A stretch of 47,978 nucleotides of DNA from Armatimonadota bacterium. GTDB taxonomy: Bacteria > Armatimonadota > Hebobacteria > CAIYQO01. This document shows, piece after piece, positions 19,334 to 30,435 of the stretch (positions are counted from its first letter, which is position 1; every line of letters begins with the position of its first letter). Under the pieces are notes generated by a model. That model did no database searches and was not told where the DNA came from. It saw only the letters and a program-made list of their open reading frames with translations. The DNA is taken from the NCBI GenBank assembly GCA_038248345.1, contig JBBRXO010000008.1, positions 1-47,978 of the forward strand, written 5' to 3'. Position numbers and translations under genes: made by a program.

Positions 19334-19849
19334 ATGAATGAGATAATTAATAGTCTGCATATTGAGTGGGCGGTGGTTGGCGCGCAAGCGATCTCTTTTA
19401 TTGTTCTGCTGTTCATACTGAAGAAATTTCTGTATGGGCCACTGGAAGAGATCATGAAGTTGCGTGCAGGTCAGATATCAAAAAACTTGAGTAGCGCAGA
19501 TGAGCAGAATAAGCAAGCGGAAGCACGTCGTATGGAATACGAGCAGCACCTGGCGAATATCGCCGAGGAGGCGCGTATGCGTATGGAGCAGACCATTAAA
19601 GACTCTGACGCTGAACGACGCCGAATGCTGGATACCGCGCAGTTAGAGATTCGTGAGTTGCAGGCACGTGGGCAAGCGCAGTTAGCATTGGATCATGAGC
19701 GTCTGCGGCACGAGCTACGCGCGGAGATGTCTGAAGTAGCAGTTATGGCGGCCAGTAAAGCGCTACGCGCACAGATAACGCCATCAATTCAGGCGGCGGT
19801 AATTGACCTGGTGATACAGGAGCTGGATAAACCAGCAACTATCAATTGA
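19334..19849 (+). CDS. atpF: F0 subunit b
   Basis: N-terminal TM (QAISFIVLLFILKKFLYGP) followed by a long coiled coil; operon position. Confidence 0.93.
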   Translation: MNEIINSLHIEWAVVGAQAISFIVLLFILKKFLYGPLEEIMKLRAGQISKNLSSADEQNKQAEARRMEYEQHLANIAEEARMRMEQTIKDSDAERRRMLDTAQLEIRELQARGQAQLALDHERLRHELRAEMSEVAVMAASKALRAQITPSIQAAVIDLVIQELDKPATIN

Positions 19850-19869
19850 AGTTGAGAACAAGGTAGCCA

Positions 19870-20409
19870 ATGCTGCAACGAAAGATTGCCAGTCGATATG
19901 CGGAAGCGCTATTTGATCTGGCGGTACAACAAGGTTCTATGGCGAAGTGGGCACAGGAGCTGAACGAACTAGGCTCTGTGCTGAATGCCGAGTCTGATTT
20001 CCGTGCGGTACTCACACACCCGGAGATCCCGCAGGAGCGGAAAGCCGCATTGGTTAACGAAGCATTTGCCGGTCGTTTGTCGCCTGAAGTCCTTAACTTA
20101 CTTCTTATTCTGTTAAAGCGCGAGCACGATCCTGATATCACATTGCTAGCAGAGATATTTACGGAAAAATGGAATATTTCTCGGCAGGTGCTCCCGGTAA
20201 CAGTAAAGTCTGCCGTGGCGCTATCCGAAGAGCAGGCAACTCGGTTGGCAGTGACTTTGGCGAAACGTTCTGGCTCACGTATTGAACTTACTCGTTTGAT
20301 TGATCCAGAGATAATTGCCGGGCTGGTAATAACAATCGGCGACCGAATTATTGACGCCAGCGCATTGAATACCCTGGAAGAGCTGCGTGTGAGCATGGCA
20401 GGAATATAG
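19870..20409 (+). CDS. atpH: F1 subunit delta
   Basis: IASRYAEALF and IDPEIIAGLVITIGDRIIDAS. Confidence 0.95.
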   Translation: MLQRKIASRYAEALFDLAVQQGSMAKWAQELNELGSVLNAESDFRAVLTHPEIPQERKAALVNEAFAGRLSPEVLNLLLILLKREHDPDITLLAEIFTEKWNISRQVLPVTVKSAVALSEEQATRLAVTLAKRSGSRIELTRLIDPEIIAGLVITIGDRIIDASALNTLEELRVSMAGI

Positions 20410-20487
20410 CGAAGCAGGAAATCTGAAACGAAAATCGGGGGCATTGCACAATGTTGCAGTGCAGAAACTCCGTCCGGAGTTGTAATA

Positions 20488-21996
20488 ATGAATATTAGAC
20501 CAGAAGAAGTTAGCTCGATCATCCGCAAGGAGATCCAGAATTTTGGCGCCGAGTTGCAAACGCGGGGCGTCGGCCAGGTTATCCAGGTGGGCGATGGTAT
20601 CGCCCGTGTGCACGGTCTTTCCGACGCGATGGCTGGTGAGTTGATTGAATTCCCCGGCGGTGTGATGGGTATGGCATTGAACCTGGAGGAGGATAATGTC
20701 GGCTGCATTCTCCTCGGTTCTGACCGGGAAATTCGTGAAGGTGATCTGGTGCGCACTACCGGGAGAATTACGCAGGTTCCCGTAGGCGAGGTAATGGTAG
20801 GACGCGTGGTGAATGCGCTGGGGATTCCCATTGACGGTAAAGGCGCTATCGCCGCGACGGAATTTCGCCCCACGCAGAATGCCGCTCCAGGTGTTATAGA
20901 TCGTCAGCCAGTAACCCAGCCGCTGCAGACGGGTCTGAAGTCGATTGACTCGATGATCCCAATCGGACGCGGGCAGCGCGAGCTGGTCATTGGCGACCGG
21001 CAGACCGGTAAAACTGCGGTTTGCGTTGATACTATTTTGGCACAGAAAGGCAAGGATGTCTTCTGTATCTATGTGGCTATCGGACAAAAGCAGTCGACAG
21101 TAGCGAGTGTAGTGGATGTTCTGGAGAAGAACGGCGCCATGGCTTACACAACCGTTGTGGCTGCAACTGCAGCAGACCCCGCATCCGAACAGTATATTGC
21201 CCCCATGGCAGGTTGTGCGATGGGCGAGTATTTCCGTGACAAAGGCATGCACGCGTTGATTGTCTATGATGATCTCTCCAAACACGCAGTGGCCTATCGC
21301 CAGATATCACTGTTGCTCCGTCGACCGCCGGGACGTGAAGCTTATCCTGGTGACATCTTCTATCAACACGCCTTCCTGCTGGAACGCGCGGCCCGATTAT
21401 CCGATCAGCTTGGCGGTGGATCATTGACGGCATTGCCGATTATTGAGACACAGCTGGGCGATGTATCGGCGTATATCCCAACCAACGTGATTTCCATAAC
21501 CGATGGGCAGATCTATCTGGAATCCGATCTCTTCTTCGCTGGCATTCGTCCTGCGGTTAACGTGGGCATTTCGGTATCCCGTGTAGGTGGAAATGCGCAG
21601 ATCAAGGCGATGAAGCAAGTTGCTGGTAAGTTACGCTTGGAGATGGCCTACTATAACGAACTGCAAGCCTTCGCACAATTTGCCAGTGACCTGGATGCAT
21701 CGACCAAGGCGCAGTTAAGCCGGGGCGAGCGGTTGGTGGAGTTACTGAAACAACCGCAGTATAAACCGATGAAAGTTGAAGATCAGGTTATGCTCATCTG
21801 GGCGGGGACGAATGGACATTTGGATGATATCCCAGTGGCGTCTATCCGCAAATTTGAGACCGCATTCCTGCAGTTTGTCTATAATCGACATGCGGCTATC
21901 CCTACAACTATTATTGAACAGCAGAAGCTGAGCGATGAATTGATCGAACAATTAACGACCGCAGTGAAGGAATTCAAGGCGGAGTTTAAGGCATAA
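20488..21996 (+). CDS. atpA: F1 subunit alpha
   Basis: [27 protein letters not shown] and [14 protein letters not shown]. Confidence 0.99.
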   Translation: MNIRPEEVSSIIRKEIQNFGAELQTRGVGQVIQVGDGIARVHGLSDAMAGELIEFPGGVMGMALNLEEDNVGCILLGSDREIREGDLVRTTGRITQVPVGEVMVGRVVNALGIPIDGKGAIAATEFRPTQNAAPGVIDRQPVTQPLQTGLKSIDSMIPIGRGQRELVIGDRQTGKTAVCVDTILAQKGKDVFCIYVAIGQKQSTVASVVDVLEKNGAMAYTTVVAATAADPASEQYIAPMAGCAMGEYFRDKGMHALIVYDDLSKHAVAYRQISLLLRRPPGREAYPGDIFYQHAFLLERAARLSDQLGGGSLTALPIIETQLGDVSAYIPTNVISITDGQIYLESDLFFAGIRPAVNVGISVSRVGGNAQIKAMKQVAGKLRLEMAYYNELQAFAQFASDLDASTKAQLSRGERLVELLKQPQYKPMKVEDQVMLIWAGTNGHLDDIPVASIRKFETAFLQFVYNRHAAIPTTIIEQQKLSDELIEQLTTAVKEFKAEFKA

Positions 21997-21999
21997 GAT

Positions 22000-22830
22000 A
22001 TGCTCTCACCACGTGACATCCAAAGAAAAATACGTACCGTTCGCAATATCCAACAGATATGCCGGGCGATGAAAACTGTATCCAGTATCAAACTACGGAA
22101 AGCACAAGAGGCGATAACCACGGCGCGTCCCTATGCGGATGCGCTACGTGAGATGGTGTCATTTTTGAGCTGCGGCGGTGAATGTAATCATCCGTTGCTA
22201 CAGGTTCATCAGACAGATACGCATTACGGAGTTGTCGCAATAAGTTCGGATAAAGGAATGGCGGGGAGCTATAACGCTAACTTGATTCGTACTGCGACAA
22301 CTCTCATCAAAGAAAAAAATGACGTAGTTGTCTTTCCCATAGGGCGCAAAATTACGGATGCTTGTCGTCGCACTGGTTTGAACATCGATACGGCAATTTC
22401 ACCATTAGGCACACCTGATTTTCACACAATATCAGCATTGGCCGATCACATTGGCGAGCAATATACCAGCGGCAAGCTTGATCACGTGAATCTTGTTTAT
22501 ACGAGATTCGGTATCGGTATTGTGTCTACGCAGCTGTTGCCGATTGTTCCTCCTGATGATAACGCTGGCGCGGGCAATTTTATTTTTGAGCCATCTCCTG
22601 AAGTTATTATAGAAAGTATTCTTCCGCGCTATCTGCGTACCACGCTCTTTACAGCCGTATTATCATCAGTTGCTGCTGAACACGCGGCGCGAGTGGCTTC
22701 GATGTCGCTAGCGACGGAGAATGCGGATGAATTGATCGACAAACTGACGATGGAGTACAATAAGTCGCGGCAGTCGAACATCACACGCGACCTGACCGAT
22801 ATCGTAGGCGCGGCGGAGGCATTGCGATGA
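22000..22830 (+). CDS. atpG: F1 subunit gamma
   Basis: SSDKGMAGSYN, FIFEPS, EHAARVASMSLATENA and YNKSRQSNIT. Confidence 0.96.
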   Translation: MLSPRDIQRKIRTVRNIQQICRAMKTVSSIKLRKAQEAITTARPYADALREMVSFLSCGGECNHPLLQVHQTDTHYGVVAISSDKGMAGSYNANLIRTATTLIKEKNDVVVFPIGRKITDACRRTGLNIDTAISPLGTPDFHTISALADHIGEQYTSGKLDHVNLVYTRFGIGIVSTQLLPIVPPDDNAGAGNFIFEPSPEVIIESILPRYLRTTLFTAVLSSVAAEHAARVASMSLATENADELIDKLTMEYNKSRQSNITRDLTDIVGAAEALR

Positions 22831-23837
22831 TGAAAAGCAAACCGGTTATTTTTAGCGGTATCCAGCCCTCCGGCAATCTTACGATAGGCGGCTATCTTGG
22901 AGCATTGAGTAATTGGGTGAAATTGCAGCATGAGTTCGAGAGCTTGTATTGCATTGTCGATCTTCATGCCATTACCGTCCGACAGGACGCTAAAACCTTT
23001 GCCGAGCGTTGCCTATCCTTTATGGCGTTATATCTGGCGGCGGGGATAGACCCCGAGGTGTCTACAGTTTTTCTACAGTCTACCGTACCGGAACATGCCG
23101 AACTCGCCTGGCTGCTGAATTGCCATACATATATGGGTGAGTTGGGACGTATGACCCAATTCAAGGCGAAGACGGCGGGGAAGACGGACAAGAATATCGG
23201 CGTGGGCCTTTTTGATTATCCGGTATTAATGGCATCAGACATTTTGCTCTACGGCTCCGATCTGGTGCCGGTGGGAGCTGACCAAAAACAGCATCTGGAG
23301 TTGACGCGCGACCTGGCTATCCGCATGAATCACTACTACGGGGACGTTTTTACGGTGCCGGAACCATATATTCCAAAAATCGGCGCCAGGGTGATGAGTC
23401 TACAGAACCCGACGGAGAAGATGAGTAAGTCGGATCCCAATGAAAACAACTACATCACGCTTATTGATGAACCTGCAGTAATTAGTAAAAAGATCAAAAA
23501 AGCGGTGATGGATAGCATCCAAGGCATCACCTTTGACCCGGAAAACCGCCCAGGTGTGGCGAATTTGCTGACAATTTTTGGCGCCCTTACTGAAGAGGAT
23601 CCGGCAGTTGTAGCCGAACGTTATTCCGATAAGGGCAATGCAGCGTTGAAGAATGACCTCGCAGAAGTGATCATCAGTAAACTGGAACCATTCCAGCGTA
23701 AATATCATGAATTGATGGGTGACCACGCTCACCTGCGTGAGTTATTGATAAAGGGTAAAGAACGCGCGTCGGCGCGAGCAGTTCCACGATTACGGACTAT
23801 TCGTACGGCGATGGGTTTTTACGATATCGGAAAATAA
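22827..23837 (+). CDS. trpS: Tryptophan--tRNA ligase
   Basis: FSGIQPSGNLTIGG, VDLHAIT, YPVLMASDIL, VPVGADQKQHLE and KMSKS. Confidence 0.97.
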   Translation: MMKSKPVIFSGIQPSGNLTIGGYLGALSNWVKLQHEFESLYCIVDLHAITVRQDAKTFAERCLSFMALYLAAGIDPEVSTVFLQSTVPEHAELAWLLNCHTYMGELGRMTQFKAKTAGKTDKNIGVGLFDYPVLMASDILLYGSDLVPVGADQKQHLELTRDLAIRMNHYYGDVFTVPEPYIPKIGARVMSLQNPTEKMSKSDPNENNYITLIDEPAVISKKIKKAVMDSIQGITFDPENRPGVANLLTIFGALTEEDPAVVAERYSDKGNAALKNDLAEVIISKLEPFQRKYHELMGDHAHLRELLIKGKERASARAVPRLRTIRTAMGFYDIGK

Positions 23838-23859
23838 CCGGCAGCAAACCTGCCGCTAG

Positions 23860-25310
<1,451 letters not shown>

Positions 25311-25311
<1 letters not shown>

Positions 25312-25721
25312 TGGCGCATCCCTTTGATATTGAAGTGGTGTCGGCGGATCATATGCTCTATACGGGTGATGCTGATTCGGTGATAATTCCCGGTGAGGAT
25401 GGTTATTTCGGGGTACTGGCTGGCCATGCGCCGCTGATTAGTTCATTACAAATTGGCGAGATAACCATTACACCGCCAACAGGTGAAGAGCCGATAGTTA
25501 TTGCAGTGCATGGTGGTTTCGCCCAGATTACTTCGGAAAAAGTATTGATTCTAGCGGATGCTGCGGAGTTAGCCGAACACATTGACGTGGAGCGTGCCGA
25601 GAAAGCCCGCCAGCGCGCCGAAGAACGTATCATGGCACCGGGGGGGAATATTGATGTAGATAGGGCGCAGATTGCATTACTGCGCGCCCTGAACCGCTTG
25701 AAAGCCGCGGGGAAAAGGTAG
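25311..25721 (+). CDS. atpC: F1 subunit epsilon
   Basis: GYFGVLAGHAPL, VHGGFA and C-terminal helical hairpin ALLRALNRL. Confidence 0.96.
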
Positions 25722-25750
25722 AGCAAGCACTAAAAATGGTATCTCGGATA

Positions 25751-25785
25751 AAGACGCCCGGAGATAAAATATCTCCGGGCGTCTT
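25751..25785. terminator. Likely bidirectional terminator between convergent operons
   Basis: Perfect 16-bp stem AAGACGCCCGGAGATA-AAA-TATCTCCGGGCGTCTT. Confidence 0.75.
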
Positions 25786-25808
25786 GTGGTTAAGAATAGG
25801 AACCAGGA

Positions 25809-26798
25809 TTATTCTGCAGGCGTCGCCGGGGCGTCATGTTTTTCTATAGGATTGGCCTGCACCTGGTCGAAGCCGAAGACACGCTGATGTTCTAGTTCTA
25901 GTTCTCTTTGTTTGCTGACCCAAATAGGATCTGCCATACCGTCTGTAAGCTCCTTAATCAATCTTGTCGCTGCTGCATCTGGCTTATCTGCTGGCAATGA
26001 GGCATTGATTAATTTGTAGGTGTCCAGCGCCTTCTGGAGCATAACTTGATCTCCGGTAGGGCGCAGATCAAGTACGCCTAGCTTCAGATAAATCATCGCT
26101 AATCTTCGTCCATAATTATCGGGCTCCCAAAGTTGTTCCTTCTCCCAATCAGGTTTGTTGACATCATTGATGGTCATCATTCTATATAGGGGAGTACCGT
26201 CCTCATTCTTACCATAGAGTACTGGCTCCAGGTATTTTCGGGCAGTTTCATAATCACCACGCCGCTGGGTGTAGAACCAGGCGATATCCATACTTGGAGC
26301 TGGTTTATCTGGATTAGCTGCGATGGCACGCTTGTAAATAGCTTCGGCTTCGCGGATTCGTTTTGCCCGCATAGTCTGGTCATTGGTATAGATGTACAGG
26401 TTCCAGCCCAGATGCCAGGCATAGAGAGACCAAGCTTCGGTAAAACCGGGGTTGAGCGTAACGCAGGATTCAAGTACCGGAATCATCTCATAAGGTTTAC
26501 CTTTGTGGAAGAGAACATCGGAATAATCCCACAAAATATTGCCAACCATAGAGCGCTGACCACCGAGCATGGCGAAGACGGCTGGTGAGCCACTGCCGCC
26601 GCTGAAGACGGCGCCAAAGAACTCACGACCTTCATGCGGTGCGGCACGCCAGGCAATCCAGTTCCCCTTTTTGTCTTTCTGGGTGGTTGAATGCCAGGTG
26701 GCCGGATTACACATATAGTCATCCATACCCCAGCGGATACCAAAAACTACCAGCACGAGAATTGCTATAATAATTGATGTTGTACGTCTCTGTACCAT
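25809..26798 (-). CDS. Membrane-anchored TPR-like protein associated with an ABC transporter
   Basis: N-terminal TM, LGGQRSMVGNILW...FHKG motif and TPR-like helices (VTLNPGFTEAW, AIAANPD). Confidence 0.7.
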   Translation of the reverse strand: MVQRRTTSIIIAILVLVVFGIRWGMDDYMCNPATWHSTTQKDKKGNWIAWRAAPHEGREFFGAVFSGGSGSPAVFAMLGGQRSMVGNILWDYSDVLFHKGKPYEMIPVLESCVTLNPGFTEAWSLYAWHLGWNLYIYTNDQTMRAKRIREAEAIYKRAIAANPDKPAPSMDIAWFYTQRRGDYETARKYLEPVLYGKNEDGTPLYRMMTINDVNKPDWEKEQLWEPDNYGRRLAMIYLKLGVLDLRPTGDQVMLQKALDTYKLINASLPADKPDAAATRLIKELTDGMADPIWVSKQRELELEHQRVFGFDQVQANPIEKHDAPATPAE

Positions 26799-26808
26799 GA
26801 TATTACCT

Positions 26809-27609
26809 TTAAACTTCGCGATAATTGAAGATTAGAATCGCTAATGCAAGCGCTACTATACCATATAGGCAACTGCTACCCAGCGGCAATAACCACTGCA
26901 TCGGTTCAATGCTGCTGGCGCTAGTTGTTGTGATGTTATTGACAATAATGTCACGCATATCCATAGCCTGAAAGTTAGGCAATATCTTCTGAACGATCTT
27001 AAATGCGTATCCGCTGATTGCATTATCGCTATGGAAATTTGACAGATCATAAAAGAACTGCGAATAGCTCCCGATAAGCCAGACAATCATGCTTACAATG
27101 ATTGTGCCGATCCAGGACATAAAGGTAGAGAAGAAGATAATGAGTGAACTCAACACCACCAGCATCGCAAAGATCATGAAGCATGCTAACGGCAGTCGGC
27201 CATCAAAACTATGCTGTTGCTTGAAGAAATACAGCACAAAGAAAAGAGCGGATAGGAAGGATACCACGATGGCATTGATGCCAACGGCTCCGACGAATTT
27301 ACCGAGGAGGAATTGCCAACGGCGTATGGGTCTGGCAAGTACCGGATAAATTGTACGGGACTCAATTTCACCGGGAATCATAGTGAATCCGGTGAGGATG
27401 GCAATCATAGCTCCGAGAACCGTAATGCCAGCCAGGCCAGAATCCACCAGCGTCTTGCGCATTTGCATCGGGCTATCTGCCGAACTGGGGGACATTGAGG
27501 CGATGATCATCACGGCAGCCAAGGCGATAAGCACATTTAGTACTACACCGCGCAAAATGCCGGTGATGGTATTACCGGCAATGAGAAAAATCGGACGAAC
27601 TTTAGACAT
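26809..27609 (-). CDS. ABC-2-type transporter permease
   Basis: EIESRTIYPVLARPIRRWQFLLGKF motif and multiple TMs. Confidence 0.9.
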   Translation of the reverse strand: MSKVRPIFLIAGNTITGILRGVVLNVLIALAAVMIIASMSPSSADSPMQMRKTLVDSGLAGITVLGAMIAILTGFTMIPGEIESRTIYPVLARPIRRWQFLLGKFVGAVGINAIVVSFLSALFFVLYFFKQQHSFDGRLPLACFMIFAMLVVLSSLIIFFSTFMSWIGTIIVSMIVWLIGSYSQFFYDLSNFHSDNAISGYAFKIVQKILPNFQAMDMRDIIVNNITTTSASSIEPMQWLLPLGSSCLYGIVALALAILIFNYREV

Positions 27610-27662
27610 ATACTCTTCCTCGATAGTCGAATGCGGGCGAATTAATCGCCGTCACAAGTGAT

Positions 27663-28652
27663 TTATTTAGAACTGGGTGGGCAGTTATCTTCCGAGCTGA
27701 CTGCTTTGAGGAACTGCTGTTCCAATGTCGGCTGCGGACGGGTGATCTCGAGCATGTCGCCACCCTGATCACGTACGATACCCAGTCCACGATAGATATC
27801 ATCTAAGGTCTCGGTCTTCAGGGTGACAATATCACCGTGAACATCGGGGCAGAGATTAGCGGCGCGTAATGCGGAGACTGCTGCTTTTGACATGCTCGTA
27901 GCGACCAGTTGCCACTGGTGGCTTTCTGGCACTAACTCGCCAATGGTACCTACAGCCAGCAATTTTCCCTGGTGGAGGATGGCCACTCGGTCTGCTACAG
28001 CCTCCACTTCGGAGAGCATGTGCGAGCAGAGCAGGATGGTACGTCCCTTGCGCTTTTCGTTGAGGATAAATTGTCGTACCTGCACTGTTCCAAGTGGATC
28101 AAGACCGTTTGTTGGCTCGTCCAGGATAAGCAATTCGGGGTCATTGATCATCGCCTGAGCAATACCAATACGCTGGCGCATACCACGTGAGTAGTAGCGC
28201 AGTTGCATATCGGCACCCCGGTCGAGCATATCTACCACACCTAGTACTTCCTCGGTGCGTTTCAATAATGTATCTTCGGGCACTCCAGACAGCTTGCCAT
28301 AGTAATACAACAGTTCACGGCCACTCAAATATTCATAGAAATACGGTGCCTCAGGTAGATACCCCAAGCGTGCCTGAACTTCTGCATCTCCGGGTTGGCG
28401 ACCGAACATCAAAACTTCGCTGCCCTCGTTCGGGAAGAGTAGACCGAGAAGGATTTTCATGGTCGTAGTCTTACCGGAACCGTTAGGGCCGACGATGCCA
28501 AACGTTTCACCCTTCATAATATTGAAGGAGATGTCGCTCACCGCGTAGACTTTCTTACCCGTCATCATCTTGTATGTTTTAGAAAGGTTGCGAATATCCA
28601 CAACGGGTGTCGAAGTATTTGAGGACTTTTTCTCTTTTACAGTCGTTGCCAT
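27663..28652 (-). CDS. ABC transporter ATP-binding protein
   Basis: GPNGSGKT, YSRGMRQR, LILDEPTNGLD and CSH. Confidence 0.93.
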   Translation of the reverse strand: MATTVKEKKSSNTSTPVVDIRNLSKTYKMMTGKKVYAVSDISFNIMKGETFGIVGPNGSGKTTTMKILLGLLFPNEGSEVLMFGRQPGDAEVQARLGYLPEAPYFYEYLSGRELLYYYGKLSGVPEDTLLKRTEEVLGVVDMLDRGADMQLRYYSRGMRQRIGIAQAMINDPELLILDEPTNGLDPLGTVQVRQFILNEKRKGRTILLCSHMLSEVEAVADRVAILHQGKLLAVGTIGELVPESHQWQLVATSMSKAAVSALRAANLCPDVHGDIVTLKTETLDDIYRGLGIVRDQGGDMLEITRPQPTLEQQFLKAVSSEDNCPPSSK

Positions 28653-28747
28653 AAAAAGATGGCTCCCTTGGTAATAATTATTCGCTGCACCATGTGCAAT
28701 GTGTATATGCCCAGAATGGTGACATTCCTACTTACACAACAGTACTT

Positions 28748-28776
28748 AGTATAGAAATAGTAGCTACTAGTGTCAA
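28748..28776 (-). promoter_or_regulatory. Sigma70 promoter with a palindromic operator in the spacer
   Basis: Minus strand TTGACA-17 bp-TATACT. Perfect palindrome TAGTAGCTACTA at 28758-28769. Confidence 0.65.
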
Positions 28777-28886
28777 GGAAATACCGCGGCAGTGATCATT
28801 AAGGTTAGGTCAATATCAATGAAATGCAATGTAGAGTGTGAAGAGAAGGTGGCAGATATACTCATTCTGCCACCTGTTGGGGATCA

Positions 28887-30434
28887 TTACATACTTTGTT
28901 GTGTCAGCTTACGCGTTTCGTGTAGGGACAGGATGAAAAAACCGATACCCAGAAGCCAGGGAACCGCAACCGCAATGATAAGATTAATGCCGATATCGAT
29001 CCCGTAATCCGTGATAATCAGCGCAATACTCGATAATGGGGTAAGAGAGAGGAACGTTTTAACATCAGCTGAGCTATGGGAAAATACGGTAGTTAACACC
29101 AAAGCGATAGCTAGCGGCAACAACCAGAGGAAAAAGAGCATTAATGCCAGATAGCTAGTCCCTTGTTTTCTAAATCGTAACAGAAAGTATTGCATGGATG
29201 CACCGAAGAAGAAGGTCGTCCCTACGGTAACCAATGATGCAGCCATCATCTTTATGAACTCAGCATCATTCAACATTGACGCACCATCAATCGATTCGTT
29301 GAATCCGCTGGTAAAGCGGAGATAATAGATTATGGTGATGCCAACAAAGCAGAAAAGCGCGGAAAGAGCGGTGACGACAATCTGGAATAATGAATTCGGC
29401 GCTCTATCAGACCAGGCAGGAATAGCTCTATACCCCAATTTTTTTACATGCCTGATTCCTTTGATAATTTCACTTCTCCCCGGCGTACAAATAGCCAGTA
29501 AAACTATGGCAACTACAAGTATGGCGTACAAGCAAAAATTCGCCATGTCAGTGAAATTGAAGAATGAGTTGAAGATCGGGTTAATTATATCACCCAGGAG
29601 TAAGCAGGAGAATATGCCAAAGATGAGGAGCGCTATTGAACGAGAAATTGGATAGCGCTGCTCGTTTCCCAGCTTTCGAACAGCTGCATAAAGACAGAAT
29701 ATGCCGATGATCAGCTGATGAAGCACACCGAGAATCACGTAGGGAATATGTATAGCAAAAAAAGAAGATATTATCCATTGATCCTCGCTGCTATGGGCAC
29801 GATTCATTCCGAATGTAGAGGCACCTTGTACCATGGTAGATATCATGGTCGGAATCACGGTGAAGTGCTGAAGCATGGGGATTGCGAAAAGTAAATGTGC
29901 TCCTGCGACGATAATGGCAACTAGCACAGCCACATTGCGCGGTTTGGGGACTATCAAAGCTAACAATAACGCCACCGAGAACCATAGAAAAGCAGCCGGA
30001 AGCATGGCGAGTAACAATACAGGCAATCCAAAGCCCATCCAGGAAGGGTTGCCAATAGCGAAGAAGGGGAGCATGAAAGGGATGGTGCAAGCGAAGAGGA
30101 TTAACTCACGGATAGGCGCGCCGACAAGATAGCCGACGGCCATAGCCAATGGTGATTGTGGCGATATGCGGTGAAAGTCTAGTTGCCCACCTTCCCGTGC
30201 CGCAGCTACTGCACCTGCCACCTGACATGATCCGGAGAGGAATAGCAGAATGCATTGCAAGGAAAATAAAAATCCAAAGGCGGGTAGTTTATCCTCTGCA
30301 TTTGAACCCATCCAGCAGAAGAGGGCGCTGACCAGCACCACCACGATTATGAGGGGAATCAGTTGCTGCAGACGCAAGCGCGTGCGGAGGTGTTTGATTA
30401 GTATCGGATTATCGCTAAATAGTGATGTAATCAT
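28887..30434 (-). CDS. Multi-pass membrane protein, ABC-2-type permease-like
   Basis: DNPILIKHLRTRLR N-terminus, AREGGQLDFHRISP motif and many TMs. Directly downstream of an ABC ATPase. Confidence 0.8.
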   Translation of the reverse strand: MITSLFSDNPILIKHLRTRLRLQQLIPLIIVVVLVSALFCWMGSNAEDKLPAFGFLFSLQCILLFLSGSCQVAGAVAAAREGGQLDFHRISPQSPLAMAVGYLVGAPIRELILFACTIPFMLPFFAIGNPSWMGFGLPVLLLAMLPAAFLWFSVALLLALIVPKPRNVAVLVAIIVAGAHLLFAIPMLQHFTVIPTMISTMVQGASTFGMNRAHSSEDQWIISSFFAIHIPYVILGVLHQLIIGIFCLYAAVRKLGNEQRYPISRSIALLIFGIFSCLLLGDIINPIFNSFFNFTDMANFCLYAILVVAIVLLAICTPGRSEIIKGIRHVKKLGYRAIPAWSDRAPNSLFQIVVTALSALFCFVGITIIYYLRFTSGFNESIDGASMLNDAEFIKMMAASLVTVGTTFFFGASMQYFLLRFRKQGTSYLALMLFFLWLLPLAIALVLTTVFSHSSADVKTFLSLTPLSSIALIITDYGIDIGINLIIAVAVPWLLGIGFFILSLHETRKLTQQSM

Positions 30435-30435
30435 C

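Noticed and set aside
19842..21285. Long antisense ORFs (343 and 336 aa) opposite atpH/atpA, and similar ones opposite xseA, the MTase and the 1391-aa gene
   Set aside because: Shadow ORFs of well-supported genes, expected from codon bias.
22171..22185. CGGEC cysteine pair in ATP synthase gamma as a chloroplast-like redox switch
   Set aside because: It lies in the N-terminal part, not in the chloroplast-type regulatory insertion. This gamma is short (276 aa) and nothing else supports the idea.
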